Shown here in pieces: positions 28,337 through 39,042 of a stretch of 64,000 bases of DNA. The DNA lies in NCBI GenBank assembly GCA_965277285.1, contig OZ255721.1, forward strand, positions 672,001 through 736,000, read 5' to 3'. The position numbers and the translations under genes are program-made. The notes under the pieces were generated by a model. That model saw nothing but the letters and a program-made list of their open reading frames with translations, had not been told where the DNA came from and searched no databases. Position 1 is the first letter of the stretch. Each line of letters opens with the position of its first letter. Source of the DNA: Abditibacteriaceae bacterium. GTDB taxonomy: Bacteria > Armatimonadota > Abditibacteriia > Abditibacteriales > Abditibacteriaceae.

Positions 28337-30409
28337 TTACTCACTCGGCACATTCGCCTTCAACTCATCCAGCCAGACGCGCGATTCGCTGTCGCTGGGT
28401 GCGCGCCAATCGCCGCGCGGACTGAGAGAACCGCCGCTGCCGACTTTGGGGCCATTGGGAACACAACTGCGCTTGAACTGCGAAGTTTGAAAAAAGCGGA
28501 ACAAAAACACTTCGAGCCAGTGTTTGATTTCGCCAATCGAGTACTCATTGCGCTTTGCGGGCGGCAGGCCGTAAGGATAATCGCCGCGCGCTTTGTCGCC
28601 CCACGCATGAAGTGAGAGAAACGCGACTTTGCTCGGGCGCATTCCATAGCGCGTGATGTAATAGGTGTTGAAATCCTGCAACTCATACGGCCCGATTTTC
28701 GCTTCGGTTTTCTGCGCTGGTTCGCCGTTTTCTTCGTTGTCGCTGGACGGCACCAGTTCCGGCGAAATCTCAGTATCGACAATGCCTTGTAAGAAGCCGC
28801 TGGTTTGCTCGTCGAATTGCTTTGAACCAATCACCCAGCGAATCAAGTACTGAATCAAGGTTTTTGGCACGCTCGCGTTCACGTTGTAATGGCTCATGTG
28901 ATCGCCGACGCCGTAAGTGCACCAACCCAAAGCCAGTTCTGAAAGATCGCCCGTTCCCAGTACCAAACCGTTGTGGAAGTTGGCCAATCGGAACAAGTGC
29001 GAAGTGCGTTCTCCGGCTTGCACGTTTTCAAAAGTGATGTCGTAAACCGGCTGGCCATTGACAAACGGATGCCCGATGTCGCGCATCATTTGCAAGCACG
29101 AAGGCTTGATGTCGATCTGGTGCGAGGTAATCCCCAGCGATTTCATCAAGCCCAGCGCGTTCTTCAAAGTCGTGTCGCTGGTCGCAAAACCTGGCATTGT
29201 GAAACCCAAAATGTTCTCGCGTGGCAGACCCAATTTGTCCATCGTTTTGGCCGCGACAATCAAGGCGTGCGTCGAATCCAAACCGCCGGAAACGCCGATC
29301 ACGATTTTCTCGATTTTCGTACTCGACAGCCGCTTCATCAGGCCGTGAACCTGGATGTTGTAAGCCTCGTAGCAACGCTCGTCGCGCACTTGCGGGTCGT
29401 CGGGAACATAGGGAAAACGCTCGACATTGCGCTGCAATTTTACGTCGCCTTGCGGAATCGAGTACTCGAATCGCACTCTGCGAATGCTGCGCACGCGTTC
29501 CAGATGATCGCCGACGGCATCGTTGAAGCTGCCCAAACGCATGCGGTCTTGCGCCAAACGTTCCAAGTCAATATCGGCGAAGATGATTTGTTCTTCTTGC
29601 GGGAAACGTTCGGCTTCGGCCAACTTTTCGTTGTTTTCGTAGATAAGCGCGTGACCGTCCCACGCCAAATCCGTCGTGCTTTCGCCTGGCCCCGCCGCGC
29701 TATAAAGATAAGCCGCGATACATTTTCCGCTTTGAGACGCGCACAAATCGCGGCGATATTCGGCTTTGCCAATCGTGATATTGCTCGCCGACAGGTTGCA
29801 CAAAACCGTGGCGCCCGCCAGAGCCGCATACGTGCTGGGCGGAATCGGCGTCCACACGTCTTCGCAGATTTCCATGTGCAGCGAAAAATCATCGACATTC
29901 GTCGCATCGAAAACCAAATCGCTGCCGAACGGAACGGTTTCGCCCAAAATTTGGACTTCGCGCGACACCGCCAAACGCCCGCTGGTGAACTGCCGCTTTT
30001 CATAAAACTCGCGGTAGTTGGGCAGATAGGTTTTCGGCGTGATTCCTAAAATGCGCCCGCGGTAAATCGCCACACCGCAATTGAACAATTTGCCTTCAAA
30101 ACGCAGCGGCGCGCCAACTAATAAAATCGGCCACAATTCGCGCGAGGCTTCGACAATCGTTTGCAGCGAATCGAGTACTCGATCCAAGAGCGCCTCTTGA
30201 TGAAACAAGTCATCGTTGGAATAAGCCGAAATCCCCAGTTCGGGAAACAGCGCGACCGCCGCGTTGTTATCGGATGCGCGCCGCGCCAGACCAAGAGTTT
30301 GCTCGGCGTTATAAACCGGATCGGCGACGCGCACAAAAGGCACGCAAACGCAAGTGCGAATGAAGCCGTGCGAATAAATGGAATAAAAACCGGCGGATGT
30401 TGCAGTCAT
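28337..30409 (-). CDS. nadE: Glutamine-dependent NAD+ synthetase
   Basis: Nitrilase domain (FPEL, EICED) plus [31 protein letters not shown]. Confidence 0.95.
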   Translation of the reverse strand: MTATSAGFYSIYSHGFIRTCVCVPFVRVADPVYNAEQTLGLARRASDNNAAVALFPELGISAYSNDDLFHQEALLDRVLDSLQTIVEASRELWPILLVGAPLRFEGKLFNCGVAIYRGRILGITPKTYLPNYREFYEKRQFTSGRLAVSREVQILGETVPFGSDLVFDATNVDDFSLHMEICEDVWTPIPPSTYAALAGATVLCNLSASNITIGKAEYRRDLCASQSGKCIAAYLYSAAGPGESTTDLAWDGHALIYENNEKLAEAERFPQEEQIIFADIDLERLAQDRMRLGSFNDAVGDHLERVRSIRRVRFEYSIPQGDVKLQRNVERFPYVPDDPQVRDERCYEAYNIQVHGLMKRLSSTKIEKIVIGVSGGLDSTHALIVAAKTMDKLGLPRENILGFTMPGFATSDTTLKNALGLMKSLGITSHQIDIKPSCLQMMRDIGHPFVNGQPVYDITFENVQAGERTSHLFRLANFHNGLVLGTGDLSELALGWCTYGVGDHMSHYNVNASVPKTLIQYLIRWVIGSKQFDEQTSGFLQGIVDTEISPELVPSSDNEENGEPAQKTEAKIGPYELQDFNTYYITRYGMRPSKVAFLSLHAWGDKARGDYPYGLPPAKRNEYSIGEIKHWLEVFLFRFFQTSQFKRSCVPNGPKVGSGGSLSPRGDWRAPSDSESRVWLDELKANVPSE

Positions 30410-30485
30410 GCTTTTATCTTAGCAATCAAAGCTGTTTGTATCGAGTTCGCAATTTTGTGTTAATTTTGACTTAAAGGGGTTTCCC

Positions 30486-30839
30486 ATGATGGAGAACATG
30501 AGAAAAATCGAAGCGCAGAGACGTATCGTTGAACTGGCGCACCAATTTTTGGATGGCGACATTGAATTGGCTCTTGCTGCGCAGGAGCTAAGTCGGATCG
30601 GCCAAGAAATTGGTCATGGGCTATCAGGTTGTTGCTTTGTCGAAACTCCCAAAGCTCTTCGCGTCTTTAGCTCAATTGACAGAGAAATGCAGAGTAACAA
30701 TATCCCGGTTGGTGAATGGCGAAAGCACTGGAACACTGAGGTTTTGGCGAAAAAGACCGAACTGCAAAAGCAGATTGAAGAGAAATACAGAGAGGCCGCT
30801 ATTGCAACGTGCCGCGCTTTGATTGACAAATTGAGCTGA
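30486..30839 (+). CDS. Hypothetical protein
   Basis: 117-aa ORF with RBS-like AAGGGG. Confidence 0.6.
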   Translation: MMENMRKIEAQRRIVELAHQFLDGDIELALAAQELSRIGQEIGHGLSGCCFVETPKALRVFSSIDREMQSNNIPVGEWRKHWNTEVLAKKTELQKQIEEKYREAAIATCRALIDKLS

Positions 30840-30893
30840 CGCCTGCGCATCGAGTACTCGAACGTATGGACGCTGCGTTAAGAAAAGGTTAAG

Positions 30894-31685
30894 ATGCCTT
30901 TTCTCATGGCGACTGAACTTTCAAAACCGATCTGGGAAACGCTGCCCGAAGAAGCGACACCGGCGACTTCAGACCAGGCGAAGGCACGGCGCGCGTGGAT
31001 TCGCATTTTATCAGCGGAAGTTATCGGCACTTTCATCCTGACGTTTGTGGATGCGGGCGCGGTGATGATCGACAACCTGAGCGGCGGGCAGATTTCTTAC
31101 GGCGCGCGAGCGATAGCGCCCGGACTGGTTGTAATGACGATGATTTACACGCTGGGCCATGTCTCGGGCGCGCACATCAATCCCGTTGCGACATTCGCTT
31201 TCGCTTTGCGCGGCGTGTTTCCCAGAGAGCGTGTTTTGCCATATTGGGCGGCGCAAATCGTCGGCGCCCTGAGTGCAGCGGCTTTACTGAGATTGCTCTT
31301 CGGCACGCGCAAAGATGTCGGCGCGACGCACGTTCACGGCGCTTTGATGATCGGCTTTGCCATGGAAATCGCGCTGACGTTTTTTCTGGTTCTGGTTATT
31401 CTGGGAACTTCGACGCGGCACAAGAATCTTGGCGCGCAAGCTGCGATTGCAGTCGGCGGAACCGTCGCGTTTTGCCAGTTGATGGCCAAACCTTTGACTG
31501 GCCCTTCGATGAATCCGGCGCGTTCGCTGGGAACCGCGCTCGTCAGCGGCGCGATGAACGACATCTGGGTTTATCTGACAGCGCCTTTTCTGGGCGCAGC
31601 TTTGGCGGTTGCCCTGACTTTTCTCGTTCACGGCGCGCCGAAAAAAGAAGAAGATGACGCGGCGTCTGGCGAAGAAGAAAAGTAA
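30894..31685 (+). CDS. MIP/aquaporin family channel
   Basis: AEVIGTF, SGAHINPV, SMNPARS. Confidence 0.92.
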   Translation: MPFLMATELSKPIWETLPEEATPATSDQAKARRAWIRILSAEVIGTFILTFVDAGAVMIDNLSGGQISYGARAIAPGLVVMTMIYTLGHVSGAHINPVATFAFALRGVFPRERVLPYWAAQIVGALSAAALLRLLFGTRKDVGATHVHGALMIGFAMEIALTFFLVLVILGTSTRHKNLGAQAAIAVGGTVAFCQLMAKPLTGPSMNPARSLGTALVSGAMNDIWVYLTAPFLGAALAVALTFLVHGAPKKEEDDAASGEEEK

Positions 31686-31740
31686 GGCGAGTAACGGCTC
31701 GAAAGTGCAAACCTTCAAAGAGCGAAGAAGGATTTGAGAT

Positions 31741-31768
31741 GTACGGGCGTATTGCAAGGCGCCCGTAC
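31741..31768. repeat. GTAC-type REP-like hairpin
   Basis: GTACGGGCGTATTGCAAGGCGCCCGTAC. Confidence 0.55.
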
Positions 31769-31791
31769 TCTGTGCAATCGAGTACTCGAAG

Positions 31792-32730
31792 TTAAACTAT
31801 CGTGCGATAACCCAGTTCATCCAACGCTTTTTGTGTTCCCCAAAGAAGTTGATCGATGTGCGCCGTACTTTCGCAGCCGACGACAAACGCCTCGACAACG
31901 CCAGACGCGATCTGGTGGCGGAAGCATTCTTCCGGCGTTTTTGCGTTTTTGCCTTTGACCAAATCGCCTTCTCCGACGACTTTCATGCCGATCACGCCCT
32001 GACCTTTGCGGCGCATTTGCGCGAATAAATCGCGGCACTTTGCGACATCGTTGTCCATGTGCGATTGATAGGCGTTCCAGCGCACCTGATGAATCTGCAC
32101 CCAATCGCTTTTGTAAGCATCTTGCAACGCTTCAAAACTGTGGCAAGTGACGCCATGCGCGCGGATTTTGCCTTCGCTTTTGAACTTCTCGAACTCGGCC
32201 AGGAGCGGCGAATATCGCGTGCTCCAATCGCTTTCTGTGACGCAATGCACCAGAAAGGAATCAACGTAATCGGTGTCCAGTTCGCGCAGAATCGTTTCCA
32301 AACGCTGCCGCGCGTCTTGTGGATCGCGCGCATCGACCTTGCTTTGAATCACATATTGGTCGCGCGCGATGCCTTTCATGGCACGCCCGAAAAACGGGCC
32401 GGAACCATACGAATCGGCCAAATCGAAAAAGTTGATGCCCTTGTCAAACGCGTGGCGCATCAGGCTTTTGAAACCGTCATCGCCCAATCGCGTTTGGTTG
32501 GAACTGTTGCCAGAACCGAGAGTTCCGGTTCCAATTCCGACCAGAGAAATCTTCACGCCACTTTTGCCCAAAGCCACGCGCTCGGTCGCCTTGATTTTGC
32601 CAGCGTTTGGTTGTGGTTGTGTTGGCGCGATTTCGTCGGGGCGTGCGGGGCGCAATCGTGAAGCTAAAGCTGCTGCGCCGGTGATGGAAAGTGCCATGCC
32701 CACAAAATTCCGTCGTGTCATTTTCATCAC
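31792..32730 (-). CDS. Aldo/keto reductase with Tat-like N-terminus
   Basis: TRRNFV; LGKSG, GINFFDLADSYGS, GKIRAHG. Confidence 0.85.
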   Translation of the reverse strand: MMKMTRRNFVGMALSITGAAALASRLRPARPDEIAPTQPQPNAGKIKATERVALGKSGVKISLVGIGTGTLGSGNSSNQTRLGDDGFKSLMRHAFDKGINFFDLADSYGSGPFFGRAMKGIARDQYVIQSKVDARDPQDARQRLETILRELDTDYVDSFLVHCVTESDWSTRYSPLLAEFEKFKSEGKIRAHGVTCHSFEALQDAYKSDWVQIHQVRWNAYQSHMDNDVAKCRDLFAQMRRKGQGVIGMKVVGEGDLVKGKNAKTPEECFRHQIASGVVEAFVVGCESTAHIDQLLWGTQKALDELGYRTIV

Positions 32731-32754
32731 GTCCTAATTATCAGACCGAAGTTC

Positions 32755-33225
32755 TCAAATCCACAGTAGGAGAAGCGGCAACACTGTTCCCGCAATCAAC
32801 AAGCCCCAGATCATGCGCCGGTCGCGGTTGTACTTGAAAGCCATGTAAATGCCCAAAAGCGTCGTATTGATGAGGCCAACGGACATGAACAACGTGAAGA
32901 TTTTGAGGGGCAATGGCGACGGCCCACGATTTCCCTCTTCGCGCTCCGGCGGCACAGCATCTCGCAGCGCATCGTCTCCAGGCGGTTTGTTCTTCGCACC
33001 CTAACTTGCAGCTTGTGGGCGTCCACTCGGCGGCGGGCCATCATTTTCAGCGCGCAACTGCTGGTTTTTGTGAACTTGCGCCAGCGTCGCAATCCATGCC
33101 GGATGAGTTTCGCCGTTGTGGTTTTCGTGCAAGCCGAAAGTTTGCAACGCGCCCGTCAGGGCGAAGAACACAATCGCGGGCGCGAAAAAGACGCCCAGAT
33201 AAAGGCGAAGCTGTCGAACTTTTTC
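32755..33225 (-). pseudogene. Disrupted PepSY-TM-like membrane protein gene
   Basis: One frame reads VRQLRLYLGVFFAPAIVFFALTGALQTFGLHE...; in-frame TAG at 33001-33003; no valid start codon. Confidence 0.7.
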
Positions 33226-33233
33226 GTCGTGAT

Positions 33234-33911
33234 TTACACCGTTTGGTCAAGCGGAAGATTGGCGTTTCCAGTACGCGATACTGGGTTCGTAGACACGCTG
33301 TTCGTGGACACGTTGGAGATAGGCGGATTGGTGCTGACTACGGTGTTGCCCGGTACAGCCGTAATGTCGGGCAGGGCGACGTTGGTAGGAATCTCGCCTT
33401 TGATCTGGGCTTCGGTGGTTGGCGTCGCAATCGCGGCATCGCGTCCCAACGACAAGCCGGGCGGCGCGGGCACGAACTTTTTGCCGCGCAGCGTATCGGA
33501 AATAAAGCCTTTGGAAACCGCGTAACCTAAAACGTGTCCGCTGTTTTCGTCGATGCACATATCGGCCAGCGTGCCCAGAACTTCGCCGGTTGAAGACAAA
33601 ACTTTGGTGCCGGACAGCACGCTTTCGTGGCTGGTCGGGTTTTGCGTGACGGCGTAAGTGCGCGGGTCTTGATGCAGTTTCATCAGCGACGCCGAACTTT
33701 CGACCATAATCGCGTCGCCATTGAAGTTTTTGACCAAACGCCAGGGCACGATGAGCGCGTCAATCAAGCCAAACAGGTCTTTGTCGGCCACGACGAGCGC
33801 CAGAATCTCGTTGTTTTCGTTGTCGAAGATGAGGTCGCGCACATGGCCGATAATTTTGCCGTCATTTTGCCCGACAATCGAACGTCCGAGCAGTGTTTTT
33901 CCTGTAATCAT
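33234..33911 (-). CDS. Tandem PRC-barrel domain protein
   Basis: GKIIGHVRDLIFD and GEVLGTLADMCID repeats. Confidence 0.8.
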   Translation of the reverse strand: MITGKTLLGRSIVGQNDGKIIGHVRDLIFDNENNEILALVVADKDLFGLIDALIVPWRLVKNFNGDAIMVESSASLMKLHQDPRTYAVTQNPTSHESVLSGTKVLSSTGEVLGTLADMCIDENSGHVLGYAVSKGFISDTLRGKKFVPAPPGLSLGRDAAIATPTTEAQIKGEIPTNVALPDITAVPGNTVVSTNPPISNVSTNSVSTNPVSRTGNANLPLDQTV

Positions 33912-34210
33912 GGGAAGGTTCCGCCTTTGAAATTGGCCTTTTTGCGGGCAAATAACTGGCCGCGAAACCGTGTCGAATAATATCGAGAAAGCGGTTAAAC
34001 TGCGGCTGTTAGGAAGCGAACGCATCTGCCGGAGACGCGTCTCGCTTTTGCACGGCAACGAAAACGAAACAAATCGTTAATCCAACTGACTTCGTTCAAG
34101 TTGGCTTCAACCCGATTGGCTTCGTTCCCGAAATAGATTGTTGACGTGACTTTTATAATGGCACTGCGACCGCTCCGGCGATTGAACTTCGGCGGTTGCA
34201 GCGAAGCGAC

Positions 34211-37200
34211 ATGAACAGACAAACCACCGACCGTGATCTCGAACGCCTGGCCGACCTTCTGCCCGCCAGCGCCAACCTCGCTTTTGTCGAGGAAATTTTC
34301 GCCGCCTACCAGGACGATCCCAATTCCGCGCCACCCGAATGGCGCGCTTATTTCGAGCAACTTTCTCCGCAAAATGGCGCTTCCAACGGCAACGCCAATA
34401 GTGCTACCAACGGATCGAGTACTCGAAACGGGAACGGTCACGCAAACGGCAATGGCGCGAACGGAAAAAGCACCAATGGAAACGGCACCAATGGTCATGC
34501 GACGAACGGGCATTTCAAATTGGGGCCGTCGTTTGCGCCATCCAGCATTTTTAATCCGCAATCGTTGACTCATGGCGCGCCAATCGATAGCGCGACGACG
34601 GTTAGAGAAAATCCCGCGACTTCGCAGGGCACGGCGACTTATTTACAAGCGTCGCACGCCAGCGGTTCTTCTTCGGCGCAGGAAATCAAAACTTCGCAGG
34701 AACGCGTCGGCCAGTTCATCCGCGCTTTTCGCGTGCGCGGTCACATGATCGCGCAGCTCGATCCTTTGGGCTTGCCGCGTCCGGTTCCGACCGAACTTGA
34801 ACTGTCCTATTACGGCTTTGACCAGTCCGATCTCGACCGGCCTTTTGCGGCGGAAGAAAGTTTGGGCGGCGTGCAACCGTTGCGCGATATTCTCGACCGT
34901 TTGCGCGACACGTATTGTCGCGGCATCGGCGTGCAATTCACGCACATCGACGACCTGGATGTGCGCTTGTGGCTGCAAAACCGCATAGAGAGTACGCGCA
35001 ACCACATCGAGCTCTCGCGCGAAGAACAAGTGCGCATCCTGACGCGCCTGACCGATGCCGTGATCTTTGAAGAATTCATTCGACGCAAGTTCGTCGGCGC
35101 GAAATCGTTCAGTCTGGAAGGCGCCGAAAGCTTGATTCCCTTGCTCGATCTGGCGATTGAAGAAGCGGGCGAAAGCGGCGTTTCACAGATCGTCGTTGGC
35201 ATGGCGCATCGTGGTCGCTTGAACGTGTTGGCGAACATCATCGGCAAAAGCCCGCGCCAGATTTTCGCCGAATTTGAAGACCGCGACGCAGATCTTTACA
35301 GCGGCGGCGGCGACGTGAAATACCACTTGGGATACGTCAACGATTTCAAAACGGCCAGCGGCAAGCGCGTCGAACTTTCGTTGTGCTTCAATCCCAGTCA
35401 CTTGGAGTTCGTCAATCCAGTGGCGATGGGACGCACGCGCGCTAAGCAGGATCACAGCGGCGACACCGAGCGTTCGCAAGGCATGACGCTGCTGATTCAC
35501 GGCGACGCGGCGTTCGCGGGCGAGGGCATTATTCAAGAAACGCTGAACATGAGCCAGCTTCCGGCTTACACAGTCGGCGGCACGCTTCACGTCGTGGTTA
35601 ACAATCAGATTGGTTTCACGACGGCGCCCAGTGAATCGCGCTCGAGCGTTTACGCGACCGATGTCGCCAAGATGCTGCAAGTGCCGATTTTTCACGTCAA
35701 TGGCGAAGACCCGGAAGCGGTGGCGACAGTTGTCAAAATGGCGCTCGATTTTCGCCGAGTGTGGGGCCGCGATGTCGTAATCGATATGTATTGCTATCGC
35801 CGCTTGGGGCACAACGAAGCGGATGAGCCGAGTTTCACGCAGCCTTTGATGTATAAGGCGATTCAGGCGCGCAAATCCGTCCGCGAAGGTTATCTCGACA
35901 AACTCTTGCAAATGGGCGGCGTAACGCGCGATGAAGCGGACGCGATTGCCAACCGGCGTCGTCAATTGCTGGAAGACGAACTGGCGCGAGCGCGCAGCGA
36001 CGATTACCATTTGCCGGTGCGTACCGCGTCCTGGAACGATTATAAAGGTGGCCTGGAAGAAGACGCGCCGAACGTTCCCACAGCGGTTGAGCACGCGCGT
36101 TTGAGTACTCTACTGGAAGCGACGACGCGCTTGCCGGAAGATTTTCATCCGCATCCCGTCATCAAAAAACTTCTGGCGACGCGATTGGCGATGGCGCAAG
36201 GCGTTCAACCTTTGAACTGGGCGGCGGGCGAAGCATTGGCGTTTGCGACGTTGGCGACCGAACCGAAGCGTCCGGTTCACGTTCGCTTGACGGGACAAGA
36301 TGTTGAGCGCGGAACGTTTTCTCATCGTCACGCCGTTTTGCACGATGTGGAAACCGACCGCGTTTACGCGCCGCTGCGCCACCTTTCGAGTACTCAAGCG
36401 CCGATTGATATCTACAATTCTCCGCTTTCGGAAACCGGCGTTCTGGGTTTTGAATACGGCTACAGCCTGGATTCGCTGCGCGGTTTGACGTTGTGGGAAG
36501 CGCAGTTCGGCGATTTTTGGAACGTGGCGCAACCGATTGTCGATCAATTTATCATCAGTGCGGAAGACAAATGGCAGCATTTGAGCGGGCTTGTGATGCT
36601 GCTGCCTCATGGTTTTGAAGGCATGGGGCCGGAACACTCGAGCGCTCGCCTGGAACGTTTTTTGATGCTGGCGGCGGAAGACAACATTCAAGTCGTTTAT
36701 CCCACGACTCCGGCGCAATATTTCCACTTGCTGCGACGCCAGGTTTTGCGACCGTGGAGAAAACCGCTGGTTGTGATGTCGCCCAAGAGTTTGCTGCGCC
36801 ACTTGGAAGCGGTGTCGCCTCTGGAAGATTTTGCGAACGGAACATGGCAGCCAATTTTGCCGGACAACGGCGAGCGCGCTGCGCAAAGCGTCAATCGCGT
36901 GCTGCTTTGCACCGGCAAGATTTACTACGAACTGGACAAAGAGCGCGAAAGCTGCGGACGCAACGATGTGGCGATTTTGCGATTGGAGCAATTATATCCG
37001 TTCGATAAGCAAAAATTGGTGGATGCGCTGTCGCCATATCGTGCGGATGTCGAAGTCGTGTGGGTTCAGGAAGAGCCGGAAAATATGGGCGCGTGGCGTT
37101 TTATGAAGCTGAGGTTCTGCCAGGGAATGTTCGGCCACTCGTTCAAAGGCGTTTATCGCCCGGCTTCAGCCAGCCCCGCGACCGGTTCGGCGAGCAGTCA

Positions 37201-37246
37201 CAAAAAGGAACAAGAACGAATCTTAAACGCCGTGTTCGGCGAGTAA
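34211..37246 (+). CDS. sucA: 2-oxoglutarate dehydrogenase E1
   Basis: FSLEGAE, GMAHRGRLNVL, GDVKYHLG, HGDAAFAGEG, GQDVERGTFSHRH, WEAQFGDF. Confidence 0.96.
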   Translation: MNRQTTDRDLERLADLLPASANLAFVEEIFAAYQDDPNSAPPEWRAYFEQLSPQNGASNGNANSATNGSSTRNGNGHANGNGANGKSTNGNGTNGHATNGHFKLGPSFAPSSIFNPQSLTHGAPIDSATTVRENPATSQGTATYLQASHASGSSSAQEIKTSQERVGQFIRAFRVRGHMIAQLDPLGLPRPVPTELELSYYGFDQSDLDRPFAAEESLGGVQPLRDILDRLRDTYCRGIGVQFTHIDDLDVRLWLQNRIESTRNHIELSREEQVRILTRLTDAVIFEEFIRRKFVGAKSFSLEGAESLIPLLDLAIEEAGESGVSQIVVGMAHRGRLNVLANIIGKSPRQIFAEFEDRDADLYSGGGDVKYHLGYVNDFKTASGKRVELSLCFNPSHLEFVNPVAMGRTRAKQDHSGDTERSQGMTLLIHGDAAFAGEGIIQETLNMSQLPAYTVGGTLHVVVNNQIGFTTAPSESRSSVYATDVAKMLQVPIFHVNGEDPEAVATVVKMALDFRRVWGRDVVIDMYCYRRLGHNEADEPSFTQPLMYKAIQARKSVREGYLDKLLQMGGVTRDEADAIANRRRQLLEDELARARSDDYHLPVRTASWNDYKGGLEEDAPNVPTAVEHARLSTLLEATTRLPEDFHPHPVIKKLLATRLAMAQGVQPLNWAAGEALAFATLATEPKRPVHVRLTGQDVERGTFSHRHAVLHDVETDRVYAPLRHLSSTQAPIDIYNSPLSETGVLGFEYGYSLDSLRGLTLWEAQFGDFWNVAQPIVDQFIISAEDKWQHLSGLVMLLPHGFEGMGPEHSSARLERFLMLAAEDNIQVVYPTTPAQYFHLLRRQVLRPWRKPLVVMSPKSLLRHLEAVSPLEDFANGTWQPILPDNGERAAQSVNRVLLCTGKIYYELDKERESCGRNDVAILRLEQLYPFDKQKLVDALSPYRADVEVVWVQEEPENMGAWRFMKLRFCQGMFGHSFKGVYRPASASPATGSASSHKKEQERILNAVFGE

Positions 37247-37300
37247 GAAAATAATGAATGATGAACGCGAAATGATGAATAGAAGACCTAGGCTGACGAC

Positions 37301-37369
37301 TTCGTCATTCTAAGTGAAGCGAAGAATCCGGCGTGATGTTAGATTCTTCGTTTTACTCAGAATGACGAA
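37301..37369. repeat. REP-like doublet, GTCATTCTGAG family (degenerate)
   Basis: TTCGTCATTCTAAGTGAAGCGAAGAATC ... GATTCTTCGTTTTACTCAGAATGACGAA. Confidence 0.7.
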
Positions 37370-37442
37370 CTCGCAGTATCGAGTACTCGATATTTCCTCA
37401 TTTCGGATTCTTTATTCCGTAATCTAAACGCGGAGCTTTTAT

Positions 37443-38894
37443 ATGCCAGTTGAACTGACGGTTCCCAAAGTTGGCGAGTCTATTACACAAGTCGAAGTCG
37501 GCGATTGGTTGAAAAAAGATGGCGAGCGCGTCGAGCGTGATGAAACGATTGTCATTTTAGAAAGCGAAAAAACGACGGTCGAATTGCCGTCGCCCGTCGC
37601 CGGCGTGCTGACGAAAATCGTCAAGCCAACCGGCGAAACCGTCGGCATCGGCGAAGTTTTGGCGTTGATAGAAGAAGGCGCCACAGTTGCGGACGTCGGA
37701 AACGCGAAACCCGAATCTGGAAGCGCCTCGTCCAACGGCGTTGCTCACGGCGCGCAGCAACCGGAATGGAACGAACCCGCGCATTTGGATCAACAGGAAA
37801 CCGTGACGCCACAAACTGCCAACCCGAGTTTTGGCGTGGCTGGCGGCGGAGTTCCGCACGAAGCGCAAACCGCGGAATCGGCTTTGGGCGCGGACGGTGG
37901 CGCCAAACCGACGGCGGAATCGCAAGCCGCTGTGGTTTTGCAGACGGCAGCCGAAGCCAGCGCGCCGGTCGGCACCGATGCGCGCGTTATGCCATCTGCC
38001 GCGCGCATTCTGGCGCAACATAACCTGAGCGCGAGTGAAATTCAGGCGAGTGGGCCCGGCGACCGCATTTTGAAAGAAGACGTGATGCGCCATGTCGAAA
38101 ACGCGCCTCTCGCTCCGCAACCGCAAGTTGCTCCACCAACACAAACTGCGCCATCGAGTACTGGAAACGCAGCTCCGGCGTTGACCGAAGTGCGTGCCGA
38201 CGAAGAAGCCGTGCCGATGAGTTTTCTGCGCCGCAAAGTCGCCGAACGTTTGGTGGAAGCACAGCAAACCGCCGCGCTTTTGACGACCTTCAACGAAATC
38301 GACATGACGGCTGTGATGGAAATGCGCAAGGCGCTTCAAGATCAGTTCACCAAAAAACATGGCGTCAAGTTGGGCTTCATGTCGTTTTTCGTGAAAGCCA
38401 GCGTCGATGCCTTGAAGCAAATTCCGGGCGTTAATGCCGAAATTCGCGGGCGCGACATCGTTTATAAAAACCATTACGACATCGGCGTGGCGATTGGTGG
38501 CGGCAAAGGTTTAGTGGTTCCGGTTCTGAAAAACGCCGAGCGCATGAGTTTTGCCGAAGTTGAAAAGAAGATCGGCGATTACGCGGTTCGCGCTAAAGAC
38601 GGCAAACTTTTGCCCGATGAATTGATGGGCGGCACGTTCACCATTACCAACGGCGGCATTTATGGTTCTCTTTTGAGCACACCGATTGTCAATCCTCCGC
38701 AAAGCGGCATTTTGGGAATGCACACTATTCAGGAACGCCCGATTGCGCTCAACGGTCAGGTCGTGATTCGCCCGATGATGTATGTCGCGCTGACTTACGA
38801 TCATCGTTTAGTCGATGGCCGCGAAGCCGTCACGTTCCTGATGCGCATCAAAGACTGTATCGAAAACCCCGCGCGTATGCTGATGGAAGTTTAG
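37443..38894 (+). CDS. sucB: Dihydrolipoyllysine succinyltransferase E2
   Basis: Lipoyl domain [36 protein letters not shown]. Confidence 0.95.
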   Translation: MPVELTVPKVGESITQVEVGDWLKKDGERVERDETIVILESEKTTVELPSPVAGVLTKIVKPTGETVGIGEVLALIEEGATVADVGNAKPESGSASSNGVAHGAQQPEWNEPAHLDQQETVTPQTANPSFGVAGGGVPHEAQTAESALGADGGAKPTAESQAAVVLQTAAEASAPVGTDARVMPSAARILAQHNLSASEIQASGPGDRILKEDVMRHVENAPLAPQPQVAPPTQTAPSSTGNAAPALTEVRADEEAVPMSFLRRKVAERLVEAQQTAALLTTFNEIDMTAVMEMRKALQDQFTKKHGVKLGFMSFFVKASVDALKQIPGVNAEIRGRDIVYKNHYDIGVAIGGGKGLVVPVLKNAERMSFAEVEKKIGDYAVRAKDGKLLPDELMGGTFTITNGGIYGSLLSTPIVNPPQSGILGMHTIQERPIALNGQVVIRPMMYVALTYDHRLVDGREAVTFLMRIKDCIENPARMLMEV

Positions 38895-38899
38895 GAAGT

Positions 38900-39025
38900 T
38901 GGGACACGGATTTCATACACGAATTGAACGGGTTTGCACAGATTAGAAAACAAGGAAACGAGTACTCGATCCTTTCTTTTTATCCGTGTTCATCCGTTTA
39001 ATCCGCGTATGAAATCCGTGTCCCA
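38900..39025. repeat. Intergenic inverted-repeat element (CACGGAT type) with a palindrome near-copy at its apex
   Basis: 32-bp arms at 38900-38931 and 38994-39025 (3 mismatches); ACGAGTACTCGA at 38958-38969. Confidence 0.7.
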
Positions 39026-39042
39026 TTTTGTTTTGAGGTTTT

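Noticed and set aside
33001..33003. In-frame TAG as pyrrolysine or readthrough
   Set aside because: The same gene has also lost its start codon, and no pyl genes are seen
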